Part shown: positions 7,579 to 17,483 of the stretch, piece after piece
How the letters are laid out: every line of letters starts with the position of its first letter
Numbering within the stretch: position 1 is the first letter of the stretch
Made by a program: the position numbers and the translations under genes
The notes under the pieces: model-generated
What the model was told of the DNA's origin: nothing
The model's input: only the letters and a program-made list of their open reading frames with translations
Databases searched by the model: none
Assembly: GCA_046309355.1 (NCBI GenBank)
Contig: JBKCPL010000057.1
Coordinates: 14,668-78,667 of the forward strand
Reading direction: 5' to 3'
Length of the DNA stretch: 64,000 nt
Origin: Bacteroidota bacterium
GTDB taxonomy: Bacteria > Bacteroidota > Bacteroidia > UKL13-3

Positions 7579-9666
7579 TCACACACTTCCGTTCCATTTG
7601 CGTATGCCCCACTCCAGGGTTAGCAGTGTCAGCAATACATAAAAAATCCATTTCACATCAATCCAGCTTTTGCGCTCTTTGCCTGTATATACAATAGGTT
7701 GTAATGCATCATGTTGCTGTATGGCTTCAGCTAGTGTATTCAGGTTATGAGCCTGCACTGCATAGCCTCCGGTTTGTGCAGCCAGCTCGCGCATCAGTTG
7801 TGCATGGGCAACATTTTCAGTTTGCTCCAACTGCAGCGGCACAACATAAAAACTACCGCTGGTTTTCAGCTGTTCACTGCCACGTGTTGCTGTGGCAGTG
7901 TAAGTATATTTTCCTGGTGTCAATACTCCGGCTTGAAGCGTGTATCTGTTTTGCTGTGCTGAAAGTGCATAGGTGTATTCTTTTCCTGCGCTGTTTTTAA
8001 TGGTTACCCGTACATCGGCATCTTGTATTGTTTCATAGCTTTCATTGTACACTTCAGCATCGGCTGTGATGGTTTCATTTTCTTCGTAGCGGTTGTTAAA
8101 CAACAAGCGAAAACGCGCATTGTCTTTTCGTGTCGACAGATATTGAATGGTTTTTTGAATGAGCTGCGTTACCGTTTGCTGATTGTTTAGTTGAAAATCG
8201 GCTAGGTGCCAGCGCCATATTCCTTCACCGCAAATAAACGCTGAACGCTGTGTGGCACTTTTCAAAAAAAACCACAACGGGTAATTCGTTTTTACATATC
8301 CAATTTGCTGCGTAAGCAGTGCTTCGTAGTCACCGGCTACGCTATATGTGGCAAACGGACTAAGCAATGGTGGAAATTTAGTGAGCACGTTTTTTTCGGT
8401 TTCGTCCAGTATAAACAAACCGAATTGTTCATTCACATTGGCAAGGGCCTCGTTGCTGGACTGGTTGCGAAATTGTATGCGAAATGCAGGCTCCAGTGCG
8501 GTTAGTACATTTAGTCCAGTCATGCTGCCCAATACATACAACAGGGGTGTATTGCGGCTTTTAAACTCTTCAATCAGCTTTTGACCTTCGCCACGCCAAC
8601 CGGGCAATTGATGCAGCACAACAAGGCTGTATGCATTAGTCGGTTTCATGCCCGACAAGTCATTGATGTACTGTACCTCGCAGCTGTATCCTTCAGTGGC
8701 CTCAATCATTTTTTTCATGGCGCCCAAATCAGGATGCGGTGCAAATGCCAGCAACAGCACACGCTGACGATTGGAAATAATATTTACGTAGGCCTCATAC
8801 ACATTATTTTGTGTGGTTTTTTCTCCGCTTACGGCACTTACTTTTATACGGTATATCTGTGAGCCTTCGCCCAGTGCAGGAATGGTGAGTGTATGTGTTT
8901 CGAAAAAGGAAGAACCGGTGTACGAAATATTTTTTTGTGCCAAGGTATTTCCATTATGCGAAATACTGAGTACAGCACTTTGTCCCGAACAGTTATCTGC
9001 TGCTACATCCACCTGAATAGCGATGTTGTTTCCTGTAAATGCCACCTGATTGCAGCGTACATTTTTTATACGTGCATCTTTAGGCGCAACCGTATCGCCC
9101 AGAAGTACGGTAAATATCGGAACGGCCATATCTGCCGAACTGTACAACGGATTATCGCCACGGTTGTAAAGTCCGTCACTGATTAATACAACTGCGCCCA
9201 GCTGTGCGCTTTCGTAGCGGTTGCTAATCTGAGTCAGCGTTTTGCTGATATCGGTTATTTTTCCATCGTATGCAGGAGTTGAACGTGCATTTAACTGCTC
9301 ATCAAAGGTGTGATGTACGACTTCAAAATCGGACTCGAGTAGGCGTTTAAATTCATTCAGTTCAGTTTGAAAATTACTTTTATAGTATGCGGCTTCGCGA
9401 CTTCCGGCAACCGATTGACTGTTGTCGGATGCAATAACCAGTACAGGTTTTTGTGTGCGTTCGGTAATCCATTCGCTTACCGGTCCTGTTAAGAGCAAGG
9501 CCAAAATGAACAGCACGGCAAAGCGCACGCCCATAAGTATGCGTTGCACCAACACACCGGTTTTTCCTTCTAGTCGAAGCGGATTACTGCGGTACAGCCA
9601 CCACGCAGCAGCAGCCGATGCAGCAGCAGAAGGAATAATTAGCCACGGTGAATATTCAAACGTCAT
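7579..9666 (-). CDS. BatA-like N-terminal double-transmembrane domain protein (VWA-like), Bacteroidota-conserved
   Basis: Two N-terminal TM helices (PWLIIPSAAASAAAAWWLY; FAVLFILALLLTG) followed by a VWA-like region, ~700 aa, as in the TIGR02226-type family. Confidence 0.5.
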   Translation of the reverse strand: MTFEYSPWLIIPSAAASAAAAWWLYRSNPLRLEGKTGVLVQRILMGVRFAVLFILALLLTGPVSEWITERTQKPVLVIASDNSQSVAGSREAAYYKSNFQTELNEFKRLLESDFEVVHHTFDEQLNARSTPAYDGKITDISKTLTQISNRYESAQLGAVVLISDGLYNRGDNPLYSSADMAVPIFTVLLGDTVAPKDARIKNVRCNQVAFTGNNIAIQVDVAADNCSGQSAVLSISHNGNTLAQKNISYTGSSFFETHTLTIPALGEGSQIYRIKVSAVSGEKTTQNNVYEAYVNIISNRQRVLLLAFAPHPDLGAMKKMIEATEGYSCEVQYINDLSGMKPTNAYSLVVLHQLPGWRGEGQKLIEEFKSRNTPLLYVLGSMTGLNVLTALEPAFRIQFRNQSSNEALANVNEQFGLFILDETEKNVLTKFPPLLSPFATYSVAGDYEALLTQQIGYVKTNYPLWFFLKSATQRSAFICGEGIWRWHLADFQLNNQQTVTQLIQKTIQYLSTRKDNARFRLLFNNRYEENETITADAEVYNESYETIQDADVRVTIKNSAGKEYTYALSAQQNRYTLQAGVLTPGKYTYTATATRGSEQLKTSGSFYVVPLQLEQTENVAHAQLMRELAAQTGGYAVQAHNLNTLAEAIQQHDALQPIVYTGKERKSWIDVKWIFYVLLTLLTLEWGIRKWNGSV

Positions 9667-9681
9667 TAATTACAGTACGGA

Positions 9682-10431
9682 TTACATAACCATACCACCG
9701 CACACATTAATGGTTTGTCCGCTGATGTAGGCCGATAAATCAGATGATAAAAACACCACACAGTTTGCCACATCATCAGGAGTTCCACCTCGTTTCAGCG
9801 CAATTCCTTTTACCCATTCGGCTCGTACTTCAGCCGACAGGGCTTCAGTCATTTCAGTTTCAATAAAACCCGGTGCAATGGCATTGCAGCGAATATTGCG
9901 CGAGCCCAGTTCTTTGGCTACTGATTTTGTCAGGCCTATCATTCCGGCTTTTGAGGCAGCATAATTGGCTTGGCCTGCATTGCCTGTAATACCTACTACC
10001 GAAGTAATATTGATGATGCTGCCTGCCTTGGCTTTCATCATGGGGCGCATGGCGGCTTTGGTCAGTGCAAATGCTGATTTCAGGTTGGTATCCAACACTT
10101 CGTCCCACATTTGTTCGGTCATGCGCATCAGTAAATTATCACGTGTTATTCCGGCATTATTTACCAATATATCGAGCGTGCCAAATTCTTTGACGATTTC
10201 ATCTACCAGTTTTTCGGCTTCGCTAAAATCAGCGGCATTGCTTTGATACCCTTTGGCTTTTACACCCAAAGTGTTCAGTTCGGCTTCAAAGGCCTTGGCT
10301 TTTTCAACCGAGCTTACAAAGGTGAAGGCGATGTGAGCACCCTGCTGTGCCAGTTTAAGCGCAATGCCTTTGCCAATGCCACGGGTTGCTCCGGTTACTA
10401 GTGCGGTTTTTCCTGAAAGTAATAAACTCAT
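9682..10431 (-). CDS. fabG: 3-oxoacyl-[acyl-carrier-protein] reductase (SDR)
   Basis: TGATRGIGKGIA Rossmann motif, NNAG, YxxxK (YAASKAG) catalytic motif; full-length FabG similarity. Confidence 0.85.
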   Translation of the reverse strand: MSLLLSGKTALVTGATRGIGKGIALKLAQQGAHIAFTFVSSVEKAKAFEAELNTLGVKAKGYQSNAADFSEAEKLVDEIVKEFGTLDILVNNAGITRDNLLMRMTEQMWDEVLDTNLKSAFALTKAAMRPMMKAKAGSIINITSVVGITGNAGQANYAASKAGMIGLTKSVAKELGSRNIRCNAIAPGFIETEMTEALSAEVRAEWVKGIALKRGGTPDDVANCVVFLSSDLSAYISGQTINVCGGMVM

Positions 10432-10475
10432 GAGTATTGTTTTTATAGGTGGTAAAAGTACATGCTACACATCAA

Positions 10476-10853
10476 TCATACAACTCGTTTTGACAGCCTG
10501 AATCTCCACCATACCACCATACAACCTAATCCGTTGGCCAGCACATCAAAATAATCGAAAAAACGCGTGGTGGTAAGCCATGATTGCAGCAACTCAGTAA
10601 GTATGCCATACATAAACGAGGCCAAACAAGCTATGGTCAGAAATTTAGTGTCGGCTTGCTTATGGCATCTGTATACCAGCCATGCTTGCATTCCGAAAAG
10701 CAACATGTGAATGGGTTTATCATAGGCAAATAAATCGGACAGGCGCAGTGCCTTAAGCGTGCTAACATTGGCTATGGTAGCAAATAAAATGAATATCGCC
10801 CAGGCGGTGGCCAGGGCGATGTAAGATTTCGATGTGGATACCGATTTAATCAT
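10476..10853 (-). CDS. VanZ-like small membrane protein
   Basis: Four TM segments, DKxxH motif ([11 protein letters not shown]); start moved to Met19; overlaps pgk stop by 8 nt. Confidence 0.45.
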   Translation of the reverse strand: MIKSVSTSKSYIALATAWAIFILFATIANVSTLKALRLSDLFAYDKPIHMLLFGMQAWLVYRCHKQADTKFLTIACLASFMYGILTELLQSWLTTTRFFDYFDVLANGLGCMVVWWRFRLSKRVV

Positions 10854-12060
10854 TGATGGCTTTAATACCGGGTAGTTCTTTGCCTTCAAAATATTCGAGC
10901 AAGGCACCCCCTCCGGTACTCACATAACTCACCTGATTTTCGTATCCAAACTTTGCCACAGCTGCTGCACTATCGCCACCACCTATTAAAGAAAAGGCTC
11001 CGTTTTTGGTGGCTTCGGCTACGGCTTCGGCAGCTGCTTTGGTGCCGGATTCAAATTTTTTCATTTCGAATACACCCATCGGGCCGTTCCACAAAATGGT
11101 TTTCGAAGCTTTGATTACCACATTGTTTTCTTCAATGGCTTTTGGTCCGATGTCAAGTCCCATCCACCCGGCTTCGATATGTTTGTTGTCACAAACTTTA
11201 GCATTGGCATCGGCATCAAATTTATCGGCCACAACTGAATCTGCCGGCAGCAGCAGTTTTACGCCTTTGCTTTCAGCTTTTTTCATCAGTTCGATACACA
11301 ATTCCAGTCGGTCGTTTTCGCACAGCGATGAGCCTATTTCATACCCCATAGCTTTAAGAAAGGTGTACGCCATGCCACCACCTATGATGAGGTTATCAAC
11401 CCTGTCAATCAGGTTTTCGAGAATAAGCAGTTTGTCTGAAACCTTGGCACCACCGGTAATAGCGGTAAACGGACGCTCGGCATTTTTCATCACCTTCTCG
11501 GCATTTTCTATTTCGCGCGCCATCACATAACCAAAACATTTGGCTGCAGGAAAATACTGTGCTATAACCGCAGTTGAAGCGTGTGCGCGGTGTGCCGTAC
11601 CGAATGCATCATTTACATAAATATCGCCCATTGCTGCCAGTTTTTGTGCAAAAGCCACGTCACCTTTTTCCTCTTCTTTGTAAAAGCGTAGGTTTTCAAG
11701 TAGCAATACTTCGCCCGGTTTGAGTGTTGCTGCCATTTCAGCAGCCTGTGCACCTACGCAGTCATCTGCAAACTTGACGGACACTCCCAGCAATTCGGAT
11801 GTACGTTGTACGGTATGTTTAAGGGTAAATTTTTCTTTGTCTATGCTTCCGTCTTCTTTAAGTTTTTTCAAAGGACGGCCCAGGTGCGACATCAAAATGC
11901 AGGAGCCACCGTCATTTAGTATTTTTTTGAGTGTGGGTATGGTGGCACGTATGCGGGCATCATCGGTAATGGTTAAAGTAGTTTTATCTAGAGGCACATT
12001 AAAATCAACACGCACCAATGCGCGTTTGCCGGCAAATGAAAGCTGATCAACTGTTTTCAT
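10846..12060 (-). CDS. pgk: phosphoglycerate kinase
   Basis: Full-length PGK similarity ([10 protein letters not shown]..., GGGASLELLEGK-like C-terminus [16 protein letters not shown]). Confidence 0.95.
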   Translation of the reverse strand: MKTVDQLSFAGKRALVRVDFNVPLDKTTLTITDDARIRATIPTLKKILNDGGSCILMSHLGRPLKKLKEDGSIDKEKFTLKHTVQRTSELLGVSVKFADDCVGAQAAEMAATLKPGEVLLLENLRFYKEEEKGDVAFAQKLAAMGDIYVNDAFGTAHRAHASTAVIAQYFPAAKCFGYVMAREIENAEKVMKNAERPFTAITGGAKVSDKLLILENLIDRVDNLIIGGGMAYTFLKAMGYEIGSSLCENDRLELCIELMKKAESKGVKLLLPADSVVADKFDADANAKVCDNKHIEAGWMGLDIGPKAIEENNVVIKASKTILWNGPMGVFEMKKFESGTKAAAEAVAEATKNGAFSLIGGGDSAAAVAKFGYENQVSYVSTGGGALLEYFEGKELPGIKAIND

Positions 12061-12097
12061 AATTCAATTCATAGTTGGTGAATAAAAAAAGTGGGGC

Positions 12098-12105
12098 AAA
12101 AATAG
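12098..12105 (-). promoter_or_regulatory. Candidate Bacteroidota sigma-A -7 element (TATTTTTG, fits TAnnTTTG) ~40 nt upstream of pgk start
   Basis: Motif read on the minus strand of the pgk upstream region; position only, no expression data. Confidence 0.25.
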
Positions 12106-12120
12106 ATTTTTTAGGCACTT

Positions 12121-12570
12121 TTGAGCACCATGAAAAACGGAATATGCGTATTATCCATACTGTTCATGATTTTTGCATGCAGCAACAAACGCGAGCAGAT
12201 GCTATGTAAAACCTGGCAGGTAAGTGATGTGCAGTTTTACAATGTTGAACAAGCCATCGTATTAAGCGATACGTTGCAAGGCGATCAGATAGAAGTGGCC
12301 AAAGGCAATTTGCGCGATATGCTCATGAAAAATATTTACGCATTTGATGAAGACGGTACGTTTAAAACGGGAAATGCAGTTGCAGAAGCCGAAGGTGAGT
12401 GGAAGCTGAAAAACGATGCCCTCCTTTTTGTCGTAGTAAATGAAGAGGGTAAAAAAAAGAAAGAAGTACCGGTTGAAAAACTGACAGACGATTCGCTTAT
12501 TTTGGCTATGGGAAACGATCAAACCAGCCTGAAGGTACGCCTTATTTTAACTCCTGTAATTACTGATTAA
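12121..12570 (+). CDS. small lipoprotein, unknown function
   Basis: Lipobox (LFMIFAC-S); stop overlaps next start (TAATG). Confidence 0.5.
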   Translation: MSTMKNGICVLSILFMIFACSNKREQMLCKTWQVSDVQFYNVEQAIVLSDTLQGDQIEVAKGNLRDMLMKNIYAFDEDGTFKTGNAVAEAEGEWKLKNDALLFVVVNEEGKKKKEVPVEKLTDDSLILAMGNDQTSLKVRLILTPVITD

Positions 12571-12926
12571 TGATGTGGCTTTCCTGGTATAAAGTTTACG
12601 ATTTCATGAGGCATGGCTCGCAACCACAGGAGGTAAACTCGGTGCGTACTGTTGATGTAGAAGGCAAACGCATAAGCCTTGCGTATGATGGCACTCACTA
12701 TTTTGCTCTGGCCGATCGGTGCCCGCATGCCGGTGCACGGTTTGGTGCTGGTGGCTGGTGCGATAAAGGCTTATTGGTATGCCCGGTGCACCGCTATAAA
12801 TACGAGTTGAAAAACGGTAAAGGAATACAGGGCGATTTTATAGAGACCTACAAAACAGAAATACGACACGATGGAGTATATGTAGGCTTGCCACGCAACG
12901 GTAAGTGGTGGTGGCCCTTTTCATAA
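12570..12926 (+). CDS. Rieske [2Fe-2S] domain protein (NirD-like small ferredoxin)
   Basis: CPH...C..H boxes: CPHAGARFG and CPVHRYKY. Confidence 0.7.
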   Translation: MMWLSWYKVYDFMRHGSQPQEVNSVRTVDVEGKRISLAYDGTHYFALADRCPHAGARFGAGGWCDKGLLVCPVHRYKYELKNGKGIQGDFIETYKTEIRHDGVYVGLPRNGKWWWPFS

Positions 12927-12954
12927 GCATTGTTTTGCAAGAAGTGTACTTACG

Positions 12955-15216
12955 CTAATCTTCCTTGCTTTGCGCATCCACTACGGCAATAATTACCATG
13001 TTCACAATTTCGCGTACACTACTGCCCAGCTGAAGTATATGAGCTGATTTTTTAAGCCCCAGCAATACAGGTCCTATGGCTTCGGCTGAGCCCAGCTCCT
13101 GCAACAGCTTATAGGCAATATTGCCTGATGAAAGTTTAGGAAAAATCAATGTATTCACCGGCTCACCACACAACTCACTGAATGGAAAATTTTCCTGAAG
13201 CAAATGTTGGTTCAGCGCCACATTGGCCTGCATTTCTCCATCAACCACCATATACGGGTATTTTTCTTTCAGCAGCTTTCGGGCCTGTGCCATTTTATTG
13301 GGCGTATCGCCATCTACCGAACCAAAATTAGAGTAGGAAAGCAACGCAATACGTGGATTGATATTAAGTTTCTTTACGGCATCGTAAGTCAGTTTGGTTA
13401 TATCTACAATGTCATTTACATCCGGGTTTATATTCACCGTGGCATCGCTGAAAAACAACACACCTTTACTGGTAAGCATAATATACATTCCCGCAACGCG
13501 GTTTATCCCTTCTTCTTTTCCTAATATCTGCAATGCAGGTTTTATGGTACTTGGGTAATTTTTAGTAAGTCCGGATATCATGGCATCCGCTTCGCCCAAT
13601 TCAACCATCATGGGAGCAAAATGATTCCGATCGCGCATCAGCTTTTTGGCTTCGTGCAGGGTGATGCCTTTGCGCTGACGTTTTCTGAAAAACTCTTCTG
13701 CATATACGTTGCGTTTTTCTTCCTCTTCGAGCGGATTTATGATAGGCACATCGCTAATGCGGATATTGTTTTCACGAATTATCTGTTCAATCTTGTTTTT
13801 GTCGCCTAACAGAATGGGAAACGCAATGCCTTCGTCTTTTACAATTTGAGCGGCACGAAGTATTTTGTAATTATCGGCTTCGGCAAAAACAACTCGCTTA
13901 GGATTGCGCCTGGCCTTGCTTCCGATAACGCGAATAAAATTACTTTCTTTACCCAACCTGGCCAGCAATTCGTTGTTGTAAGCATCCCAATCGGTTATTT
14001 GCCTGCGGGCCACACCACTGTCCATTGCTGCTTTTGCCACAGCTGGCGAAACAGTTGTTATCAATCGCGGATCAAGCGGTTTGGGGATGAGGTAAGCAGG
14101 TCCAAAAGAAATGGACTTTTCGTTGTAGGCCATATTTACCAATTCGGGAACCGGTTCTTTAGCCAGCTTAGCCAGTGCATGCACAGCCGCAATTTTCATT
14201 TCCTCATTTATTTTGGTTGCACGCACATCCAGGGCGCCTCTGAAAATGTAAGGAAAGCCCAGCACATTATTTACCTGATTGGGATGGTCACTGCGGCCTG
14301 TAGCTATGATAATATCTTTGCGTGATGCCAAGGCTTCATCGTAAGAAATTTCGGGATCGGGGTTTGCCAATGCGAACACCATACAATTAGCAGCCATGCT
14401 GCGAACCATATCCTGGCTTACCACATTGGCTTTTGATAATCCTATAAATACATCTGCATCTTTCAGTGCATCTTCCAGTGTATGCAGGTTAAGAGATGTG
14501 GCAAATTGCTTTTTGGTTTCATCCAGATTGTTATTGTCTTTACGTATAACACCTTTGCTGTCACACATCACCAGATTTTCAGGATTAACACCCAGTGTTA
14601 CTACAAGCTTGGCACACGATATTGCCGAAGCGCCTGCACCGTTAAATACCACACGCACATCACCAATTTTTTTCTTCACCAACTCAAGTCCGTTAATGAG
14701 GGCTGCGCCCACTATTATGGCAGTACCGTGCTGGTCATCGTGCATGATGGGAATATCCAACTCTGCTTTTAGTCTGCGTTCTATTTCAAAACACTCCGGG
14801 GCTTTTATATCCTCGAGATTTATACCGCCAAATGTGGGGCTGATATTTTTAACTGTTCGTATAAACTCATCCGTATCTTTAGTATTGATTTCAATATCAA
14901 AAACATCAATATCTGCAAAGATTTTAAACAACACACCTTTGCCCTCCATAACCGGTTTTGATGCTTCAGGGCCGATATCGCCAAGGCCTAATACAGCAGT
15001 TCCGTTTGATATAACCGCTACCAGGTTTCCTTTGGCGGTGTATTTATATACATCGTCTGTATTGGCAGCAATTTCCAGGCATGGCTCAGCAACACCTGGA
15101 GAGTAGGCCAAACTCAAGTCTCGTTTAGTGTTTGTTGGTTTGGTAGGTATTACGGCAATTTTTCCGGGACGGCCTTTGCTATGGTACTTGAGTGCGTCTT
15201 CTTTTAATGTTGACAT
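12955..15216 (-). CDS. maeB: NADP-dependent malic enzyme (malic enzyme + phosphate-acetyltransferase-like C-terminal domain)
   Basis: Full-length similarity to MaeB-type malic enzymes (~750 aa; N-terminal malic-enzyme domain, C-terminal PTA-like domain). Confidence 0.9.
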   Translation of the reverse strand: MSTLKEDALKYHSKGRPGKIAVIPTKPTNTKRDLSLAYSPGVAEPCLEIAANTDDVYKYTAKGNLVAVISNGTAVLGLGDIGPEASKPVMEGKGVLFKIFADIDVFDIEINTKDTDEFIRTVKNISPTFGGINLEDIKAPECFEIERRLKAELDIPIMHDDQHGTAIIVGAALINGLELVKKKIGDVRVVFNGAGASAISCAKLVVTLGVNPENLVMCDSKGVIRKDNNNLDETKKQFATSLNLHTLEDALKDADVFIGLSKANVVSQDMVRSMAANCMVFALANPDPEISYDEALASRKDIIIATGRSDHPNQVNNVLGFPYIFRGALDVRATKINEEMKIAAVHALAKLAKEPVPELVNMAYNEKSISFGPAYLIPKPLDPRLITTVSPAVAKAAMDSGVARRQITDWDAYNNELLARLGKESNFIRVIGSKARRNPKRVVFAEADNYKILRAAQIVKDEGIAFPILLGDKNKIEQIIRENNIRISDVPIINPLEEEEKRNVYAEEFFRKRQRKGITLHEAKKLMRDRNHFAPMMVELGEADAMISGLTKNYPSTIKPALQILGKEEGINRVAGMYIMLTSKGVLFFSDATVNINPDVNDIVDITKLTYDAVKKLNINPRIALLSYSNFGSVDGDTPNKMAQARKLLKEKYPYMVVDGEMQANVALNQHLLQENFPFSELCGEPVNTLIFPKLSSGNIAYKLLQELGSAEAIGPVLLGLKKSAHILQLGSSVREIVNMVIIAVVDAQSKED

Positions 15217-15370
15217 AGTTGTTGCGAATTACAGTAGTGTGTTTAGCGGTGCAAGGTTATAAAAAATTAAGCTATTGGCAATTTAGTACCGTGCGATGTA
15301 AAACTTTTACCGTTTATAAATAATTCATGGTAGTGGCTGCGTGCTCATTGTTTTCGTATAAATTTGTGCC

Positions 15371-16027
15371 ATGCCGCGTTGTGTTTGGTTCATTTTGCTG
15401 CTTATTTGTCCGGTGTGGCTGATTGCCCAATCCGACTCATCTTCTGCCAATGCAGATGAACCCATCGTTATGGAGAAGCCGGAGTTAAATCCTTCACTTA
15501 AGGCGGGTGTTCGGTTGGGTTTAGGAGCATCTATGATGATAGGTTCGGAAACCACAACAGCTATTCCACAACTGATGCTTACCGGTGGTGCGTACGTTCG
15601 CTACCGCTTTTCACGAAACTGGATGATTCAACCTGAATTATCCATTACCAGCAAAGGAGGCAGTTTTCGCAATAAGCCGGATGAGTATGGTCAGATCAGG
15701 TGCTATTTTATTGATGCTCCGTTATTGCTTATCTACGGGCTGAATACAAACAATACCGTTAATATGGCTTTGGGTGCTTCCTATTCAAGGCTACTTAGTG
15801 CGGCACAATTTGCCGTAGGAGGTTCGATATCCGAAAAACCCGCTATTAACCCGAATGATTTTATGCTAATGGCAGGTGCACAGTTTCATACGCCTTTTTT
15901 AGGAATACAAGTCATGCTCAAGTACGGGCTATTAAATGCCAACAGGGGTTTGGTTCCTAATATGCGTCCGTTAAATCAGGGCAAAAATTTGAATCATATT
16001 ACTTTTGATGTGAATTTTTTATTTTAA
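15371..16027 (+). CDS. outer-membrane beta-barrel porin-family protein
   Basis: Signal peptide, alternating beta-strand pattern, C-terminal F. Confidence 0.55.
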   Translation: MPRCVWFILLLICPVWLIAQSDSSSANADEPIVMEKPELNPSLKAGVRLGLGASMMIGSETTTAIPQLMLTGGAYVRYRFSRNWMIQPELSITSKGGSFRNKPDEYGQIRCYFIDAPLLLIYGLNTNNTVNMALGASYSRLLSAAQFAVGGSISEKPAINPNDFMLMAGAQFHTPFLGIQVMLKYGLLNANRGLVPNMRPLNQGKNLNHITFDVNFLF

Positions 16028-16036
16028 AAAACATAC

Positions 16037-16855
16037 GTGAACCGCCAGCAACTCGTCAACCACATTTACTCCAGAGGCTCATTTTTATGTGTAGGACTAG
16101 ACACCGACATACAGAAATTGCCAGCTGTTTTGAAGTCAGAATCCGATCCGGTTTTTGCATTTAACAAGGCTATAATTGATGCAACACGGCACACCTGTGT
16201 GGCCTACAAACTGAATACGGCATTTTATGAAGCTTCCGGATACAGCGGTTGGCACAGCATGGAAAAAACGGTGCAGTACATAGGCGATAGCCACTTCATT
16301 ATAGCCGATGCCAAGCGTGGCGATATTGGCAACACCAGCCATCAGTATGCAAAAGCATTTTTTGAAACCCTTGCGTGCGATGCAGTAACGCTTGCACCCT
16401 ATATGGGAAGAGATTCCATTGCTCCGTTTTTTGAGTACGAAAACAAATGGGGTATTGTGCTGGCCCTTACATCAAATGCAGGCAGTGCGGATTACGAACA
16501 ATTGATGACAGGTAACGAACGCGTATACGAACGGGTTATAAAAACCACTTGCGAATTGGGTAATCAAAATAACCTGATGTTTGTGGCGGGTGCAACAAAA
16601 GCCGAGGAGCTTAGCCACATACGGAAGATTATACCCAATCATTTTCTGCTGGTGCCGGGCGTTGGCGCACAAGGTGGAAGCCTGCACGATGTTGCCCGAT
16701 ACGGCATGAATGAACAGTGTGGTTTATTGGTGAATGCTTCACGAAGCATTATTTATGCTTCGGCCGAAAATGATTTTGCAAATGCAGCAAGAAAGGAAGC
16801 CGAAAAAACAGCAGCCGAAATGAAAAATCTGTTGGAGGAATACGGCACGATGTAA
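16037..16855 (+). CDS. pyrF: orotidine-5'-phosphate decarboxylase (type 2)
   Basis: LCVGLDTD and DAKRGDIGNT motifs; GTG start. Confidence 0.8.
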   Translation: MNRQQLVNHIYSRGSFLCVGLDTDIQKLPAVLKSESDPVFAFNKAIIDATRHTCVAYKLNTAFYEASGYSGWHSMEKTVQYIGDSHFIIADAKRGDIGNTSHQYAKAFFETLACDAVTLAPYMGRDSIAPFFEYENKWGIVLALTSNAGSADYEQLMTGNERVYERVIKTTCELGNQNNLMFVAGATKAEELSHIRKIIPNHFLLVPGVGAQGGSLHDVARYGMNEQCGLLVNASRSIIYASAENDFANAARKEAEKTAAEMKNLLEEYGTM

Positions 16856-16901
16856 ACAAGCGAATAACCGAAAGCTCACTCGCGCGCTTAATACAGCGGT
16901 A

Positions 16902-17255
16902 TTATTTTTTAGATAGCAATTCTACTTTCTCTTTTAAGGCAACTATCAAATCCTTTTGTGAATCTACCAGCATGTTCAGCTGTTCAATTTGTCTTTCCAG
17001 TTGCTGCAACCGCTGATTTTTATTTTTACTGTCAGCGCTTGGATAATAAGAATCGGGCTCTTCAACCATTTGATGAAGGGAGTCTATATCAACCTCCAGC
17101 ACTTCGCATATTTTAACCAACGTGTAGTAATTCACTTTACCTGTTTGCTCAATATTGCTAATTAGCGGTCGGGTTTTATTGATTCGTTCAGCTAAATCTT
17201 GCTGAGTCAATCTTTTGCGCATACGCGCAAATTTTATTTGTAATCCTATATGCAT
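16902..17255 (-). CDS. XRE-family HTH regulator with C-terminal coiled coil (same architecture as island regulator 921..1277)
   Basis: HTH_XRE (RKRLTQQDLAERINKTRPLISNIEQG) plus leucine-heptad C-terminus (LQQLERQIEQLNMLVDSQKDLIVALKEKVELL). Confidence 0.7.
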   Translation of the reverse strand: MHIGLQIKFARMRKRLTQQDLAERINKTRPLISNIEQTGKVNYYTLVKICEVLEVDIDSLHQMVEEPDSYYPSADSKNKNQRLQQLERQIEQLNMLVDSQKDLIVALKEKVELLSKK

Positions 17256-17309
17256 TGAACATGCAAGTACATCATATAAAAACTAATAATGCAATAAATA
17301 TATTAATAA

Positions 17310-17333
17310 TTATAAATAATTTATTATTTATAA
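17310..17333. promoter_or_regulatory. 24-bp perfect palindrome TTATAAATAAT-TT-ATTATTTATAA, ~55-78 bp upstream of the XRE regulator start; candidate dimeric operator
   Basis: Read directly from sequence; 11-bp arms with 2-bp spacer. Confidence 0.4.
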
Positions 17334-17483
17334 GAAGTAAATTGGTATAATTAATAATTCGATCATTACGGAGCACTTTAGCTTATAAAACCCTAACTAC
17401 CAATTAGTTTGTATGCATATTAAGTGTGTCTGCTACATGGCAAAGGGTTTATTAAATACAAAAAAAATGTCTAAAAATTTACT

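Noticed and set aside
8264-8271. A8/T8 homopolymer inside the BatA-like CDS (also A8 at 63-70 and 12451-12458) as possible phase-variation switches
   Set aside because: Eight-nt runs are common by chance in AT-rich Bacteroidota DNA and are in frame here. There is no evidence of variation.
11006-12046. Long antisense ORFs inside pgk (11006..11530, 11720..12046), and similar ones inside maeB (13846..15106) and the LTD gene (32286..35200)
   Set aside because: They are shadow ORFs of strongly supported genes on the opposite strand. Ser/Ala-rich compositions are typical of antisense frames.
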